From Sedimentisphaerales bacterium (GTDB lineage: Bacteria; Planctomycetota; Phycisphaerae; Sedimentisphaerales; SM23-30): DNA of 64,000 nt. The notes below the pieces were generated by a model. It worked only from the letters and a program-made list of their open reading frames with translations, did no database searches and was not told where the DNA came from. Shown here piece by piece: positions 59,731-64,000 of the stretch. The stretch's first letter is position 1. Each line of letters opens with the position of its first letter. The DNA lies in assembly GCA_963666285.1 (NCBI GenBank), contig OY762711.1; one strand, 5' to 3'. A program made the position numbers and the translations under genes.

Positions 59731-60681
59731 ATGAGAAATACTACTATTTTGCTTTTTATATTATTCATAGCACACCAAGCTAAGTGTTATTCAATAGAGG
59801 GGTATTTTGGTTTACATAACAGTCAATATATTTCAGTTAACCTTGAAAACAACCAAGAGTCTATAGGTATCCTTGGGCCAAAAACAAATTCAGACCCAAC
59901 AGTATCGTCATACTCTTCGATAACGCTTGACTCCTCCGGGAACGTATATTGTATCGATAATGAGACGTTTGATATCTGTAAAATAGATGATTTATCATCG
60001 GGGCATTCTACAATAGTTGCTAATATCCCTGGTATCAAAAATATTGAAGTTGCAAATGGTGCAATCTATGGTCACACTTCATCTGCATTATACACAATTC
60101 AGGCAAACTCAATTTCTAAATTGTGTGACCTTGATAACTTTCAGGATATAGCTGTAAGTGAAAACGGAAGAATAATTGGTATAAAATATCTTGTTATTGA
60201 CGACCCGCTTACATTGCTAACAGGTGGCCCCAAGGATTCTGGTTTGTACGAAATTGATCAACATACTGGTCTAGCGTCAAGGATTTCTGAGTATGTAGAA
60301 ACGGCAGAAAACTCTATATTTACATCAGAACTGCTTGTGTCAGATTCAGAGAGCGTATTTATAGATAAAATTAACGCATCGGGAGATATATGTTTTTCAA
60401 ATGATGGAGGGTTTTGGCTAAGATACTCAGGTGGAATTTATAATGTAGATATAGATAACTTAGAAAACTTTAAGGGTGATTATAAATCATATGCTGTTCC
60501 TCCATGGTCTACAGTTACTCCTAAATACGGAGAATTTGAATACTATCCGTCGACTGAATATCCTTTAGATACCACTAACTTTGATTCATTTGTCGATTCT
60601 TTTGATGTGTATGTAACTCCTGAACCATTATCACTATTAACCTTAGGTTTTGGAGCGATACTTTTGAATAGACGTAAATAA
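59731..60681 (+). CDS. PEP-CTERM protein, beta-propeller-like
   Basis: Signal peptide; ITLDSSGNVY/DIAVSENG repeats; TPEPLSLLTLGFGAILLNRRK. Confidence 0.82.
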   Translation: MRNTTILLFILFIAHQAKCYSIEGYFGLHNSQYISVNLENNQESIGILGPKTNSDPTVSSYSSITLDSSGNVYCIDNETFDICKIDDLSSGHSTIVANIPGIKNIEVANGAIYGHTSSALYTIQANSISKLCDLDNFQDIAVSENGRIIGIKYLVIDDPLTLLTGGPKDSGLYEIDQHTGLASRISEYVETAENSIFTSELLVSDSESVFIDKINASGDICFSNDGGFWLRYSGGIYNVDIDNLENFKGDYKSYAVPPWSTVTPKYGEFEYYPSTEYPLDTTNFDSFVDSFDVYVTPEPLSLLTLGFGAILLNRRK

Positions 60682-60800
60682 TTAAGACACTCAATTTTGG
60701 CTGGTGCGGTTTTGTCCTGAATTTTTCCCTTCTGAATCCCGACCATAACATCATAAGGGCAGGATCGTACCGGCTTTTTTTGTAAACCGATTTATAAGTT

Positions 60801-61580
60801 ATGATCAAGAATAAAGAGCAGAAGATATCGCCTATTAAGACAAAACCTTTAAGGATGCCAGGACAATCTCTTGAAGAACAAATCAGAAAAATTAATGATG
60901 ACAAGATCACTCCGTATATCGCTTATTCCGCATGCCTTCTAGCAATAACTTTTCTTGAATGGTACTATTGGTTACTCAAAACTCCTCGTTCACCCTTTTT
61001 AACTACTTTAATAGCACTAATTGTGATCACATTCTGTTTCAGAAAAATCTTAAAGCAGTCAAAACAAGTAAGGTTGCTTAAACTAGCCAGAGAGGGTGAA
61101 ATCGCAGTAGGTCAAGAACTCGAATTGCTTAGAGAAAAAGGTTATATAATATACCATGACCTGCTTGGGGAGAACTTTAACATAGATCATGCAATTATAT
61201 CAGAACGAGGGATATTTGTAATTGAAACCAAGACCCTTTCCAAACCAGTTAAAGGTAATGCCCAAATTACATTTGATGGCAAAGAAATATCTATTGATGG
61301 TTATAAAACCACTAAACCGATCACACAAGCAAAAGCAGAGGCAAGTTGGGTTCGCAAGATCATAAAAGAATCAACAGGAAAAAGTGTTTCGGTTAAACCA
61401 ATAGTAGTTTACCCCGGTTGGTATATAAAAATCACCAAAAGCAATACTAACGAGGTGTGGGTATTAAACCCCAAAGCTGTTAAGGATTACATTGAGAACA
61501 CTCCAGCAACTCTTCCCAAAGAAGATATGATGTTGATATCTTATCATATATCCATGTACATTCGAGCTAATTATAAGTAA
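60801..61580 (+). CDS. Membrane-anchored NERD (nuclease-related domain) protein
   Basis: Two TM helices then GEIAVG..L, YHDL, NIDHAII..RGIFVIETK. Confidence 0.85.
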   Translation: MIKNKEQKISPIKTKPLRMPGQSLEEQIRKINDDKITPYIAYSACLLAITFLEWYYWLLKTPRSPFLTTLIALIVITFCFRKILKQSKQVRLLKLAREGEIAVGQELELLREKGYIIYHDLLGENFNIDHAIISERGIFVIETKTLSKPVKGNAQITFDGKEISIDGYKTTKPITQAKAEASWVRKIIKESTGKSVSVKPIVVYPGWYIKITKSNTNEVWVLNPKAVKDYIENTPATLPKEDMMLISYHISMYIRANYK

Positions 61581-61847
61581 ACTGTTTTCCCGACCCTATA
61601 CTGGATACTGGATACTGGAAAATTGAAGCTCTACTAATAGGACTAGAACCAGCAACCGAGTGATTACATAGTATGTTTCTGTCCTCAATCTGTCTCAAAA
61701 TGGCTATAAAGATAGTAAAAAACCGTGGTCAGATAGTAAGGCAATAAGAGAATCTAAATCTTTACCATCTCTGGAGTTAAGAGCTAAGTGCAGTTTATTT
61801 ATGAGCTTACAAAATTCAGGAAGCGAGAATCCCGCTCTCTCCGCTTT

Positions 61848-61888
61848 AAGAAACCTTCGTCCAAATGGGCGGAGGTTTTTTTGTTTTG
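61848..61888 (+). terminator. Intrinsic terminator after the right att copy (likely the original tRNA terminator)
   Basis: AAACCTTCGTCC-AAAT-GGGCGGAGGTTTTTT. Confidence 0.7.
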
Positions 61889-61964
61889 AAATGAAAATGA
61901 AACCTGCTTGGTCCTTCTATCAAAATTTAGTACAATAGTAGCAATCATAGATAAATAGGAGGAT

Positions 61965-63572
61965 ATGATGAAAAGCAGATATATAATCCTTGTTTTTATT
62001 ATCAGCGTACTGGCCGGTGCGCATGTTCCGGCAAAAGAATTCATTCGAGGAGTCGATATATCAATACAAACCCGTCAGGAAGCCGGAGATTCATATTCAG
62101 ATGGTGTAGTTTACCATGAATATGGAGAGGCAAAGGATGTATTAGATATTTTTGTCAATCATGACATTAACTGGACCCGGATACGACTGTTTCATGCCCC
62201 TTCCGGCTCAGAGTATGGTGTTTGCCAGGATCTTGACTATGTGACAAATCTGGCCCAGCGGGTAAAAAGCAAAGGAATGAAGTTTTTACTGGATATTCAT
62301 TATTCAGACACCTGGGCAGACCCAAGCCATCAAACACTACCAAACGCATGGGCGAATTTTTCGCATCAGGAGCTGGTCGATGCTGTTTTCAGTTATTCAT
62401 ACGAAGTAATAACTCACCTTCAGGCAAATAACGCAATGCCTGACATGGTTCAGATAGGAAACGAGACAACCTGCGGCATGTTATGGCCGGACGGAAATAC
62501 CTGCACAAACAGCGAAGGCTGGGATAATTATGCCGAACTGGTCCGGTCAGCTTATGACGGCATTGCCGCGGCCTGCGAAAACGGGGCAATGTCTATGCCT
62601 GAGATAATGATCCACACAGACCAGGGCGGAGACAAGTCACACGCTCAATGGTATTTCAACGAATTAATAACGCGAAACGTACCTTTTGATATAATTGGAT
62701 TGTCGTTTTACCCGGAATGGCATGGAACAATAGCAGATTTACGGGAAAACGTGGAAAACCTGGCCCAGTTATTTAATAAGGATATCTGCCTGGCCGAAAT
62801 CGGAAACTATTATACAAGTTCAGGCAATTCCCCGGAATCTCAAAAAGAATTTATAGAAGAAGTACTAATTGTGCTACAGGAATTACCAAACGAAAAAGGT
62901 AGAGGATTATTCTACTGGGAGCCTACCTGGGTATGGAGTTCGCCCAGCGGCTATAGAGCCCTATTTGCACCAATCAACAACGTATGGGACAGAGTTGATA
63001 TGCTCATGGCTGTAGAAGCGTTTAATATTTCAGAAAGATTTTCAACATATTCAGATACAATATCAGGCAGTAGTTCCGGCAGCATAATGGACGGCCATAA
63101 CAGTGATAATAAGTACGAAGCCCTAACAGAATCATATACAGGCTCAGGTAATTACAGCTATTTGGAACATAAATGGACAATTAATAATATTACAGACAAT
63201 GCCGTATTCATGCTGGAAGCATTTAAGACAGATAACAGCGGAGAAGATAATTTTATATTTTCCTGGTCGACAGATGCCATAAATTACACTGATATGTTTG
63301 CAGTATTCAAGACAAGTGACGATAACACCATATTGAGCTATGATCTGCCCGACGGAATCGATGGTGCAGTATATATAAAGGTGAAAGATACTAATCGTTC
63401 ATCCGGCAGTAATATCCTAGATACATTGTATATAGACAATATGTATATCCAAGTTGCCACGGAAGAAGAATGCGGAGTATCAGGCTTTTCCGAGGTCGAT
63501 CTTTACCCTGACTGCAAAATAGACCTAAAGGATTTCGCGATATTTGCTGAACAGTGGCTGGCAAGCCAATGA
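61965..63572 (+). CDS. GH53 endo-beta-1,4-galactanase with C-terminal beta domain and dockerin-like tail
   Basis: RGVDIS, DIHYSDTWADP, VQIGNE, IIGLSFYPEW, FYWEP; tail DLYPDCKIDLKDFAIFAEQWL. Confidence 0.92.
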   Translation: MMKSRYIILVFIISVLAGAHVPAKEFIRGVDISIQTRQEAGDSYSDGVVYHEYGEAKDVLDIFVNHDINWTRIRLFHAPSGSEYGVCQDLDYVTNLAQRVKSKGMKFLLDIHYSDTWADPSHQTLPNAWANFSHQELVDAVFSYSYEVITHLQANNAMPDMVQIGNETTCGMLWPDGNTCTNSEGWDNYAELVRSAYDGIAAACENGAMSMPEIMIHTDQGGDKSHAQWYFNELITRNVPFDIIGLSFYPEWHGTIADLRENVENLAQLFNKDICLAEIGNYYTSSGNSPESQKEFIEEVLIVLQELPNEKGRGLFYWEPTWVWSSPSGYRALFAPINNVWDRVDMLMAVEAFNISERFSTYSDTISGSSSGSIMDGHNSDNKYEALTESYTGSGNYSYLEHKWTINNITDNAVFMLEAFKTDNSGEDNFIFSWSTDAINYTDMFAVFKTSDDNTILSYDLPDGIDGAVYIKVKDTNRSSGSNILDTLYIDNMYIQVATEEECGVSGFSEVDLYPDCKIDLKDFAIFAEQWLASQ

Positions 63573-64000
63573 GAGACATAGACCGGAAACAGAAAATATT
63601 ATAGTGCTCTAAAGCTCCGCAAACACAGAATCTGACGCAAATGACGCATCTGTGAAAGCTTAAACAATAAATAGTATATGATTTAAACCGATCGTCCGGA
63701 AGGTAAATAACTCAAACTGACCGATGGCCAGTTTGAGAGGTATTAGTTATTTGGTATTAGGGAAGGTTTGCCGCAAAGCGGCAGACTAATTAAATCATTA
63801 ATGTAACAATTTGCATTGAATTGTGTTACAGCAATAAATAATGGAAAATCGGTCACTTTGAGTAAATAATTATAATGTAACTATTCACGCCGCGTCCGAA
63901 CGGGCATAAAAAAACAGTTACGAGTATAGAAATCTATCTATAAGATTCACCAGCGAATGAGTAAATATGTACTCAGATGCATGGAATCATACACATCAGA

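Larger units (their letters stand above)
53932..61843. mobile_element. Decayed genomic island integrated at the tRNA-Ser 3' end
   Basis: 17-bp direct repeat GAATCCCGCTCTCTCCG at 53932-53948 and 61827-61843; integrase remnant; visibly AT-rich interior. Confidence 0.88.

Noticed and set aside
53949..61826. Prophage
   Set aside because: No capsid, terminase, tail or replication genes recognisable

Overview
Bacterial chromosomal window, most consistent with an anaerobic planctomycete of the Phycisphaerae/Sedimentisphaerales type. This is inferred from the LEPR-XLL motif, dockerin-like DxxDFxxFxxxW tails, three PEP-CTERM proteins and a DUF1559/prepilin-type protein. Housekeeping content: partial nrdD under a cobalamin riboswitch, valS, purC, rnr and tRNA-Ser(GCT). 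Energy metabolism: a complete rex / hfsA-like / sensory HydS / phosphatase / hydCBA [FeFe]-hydrogenase locus. Also present: GH106 and GH53 glycosidases, an ECF sigma / MacAB-TolC module preceded by an intact ISL3 element with an 8-bp target duplication, and a ~7.9 kb island integrated at tRNA-Ser. The most intriguing items are: (i) a sigma54-preceded five-gene operon of two B12 radical-SAM enzymes, two GNAT-like proteins and a GH3-type adenylating enzyme, with no product I can assign; (ii) a ~180-bp four-hairpin dispersed element in four co-oriented copies, three just ahead of start codons; (iii) a non-coding purine-rich tract with CGG phased at ~10.5 bp beside a nest of several repeat families; (iv) an island-borne 1.35k-aa secreted protein with a putative clan-CD protease C-terminus and a tightly linked partner gene. 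All calls are by eye from sequence motifs; no database searches were run.
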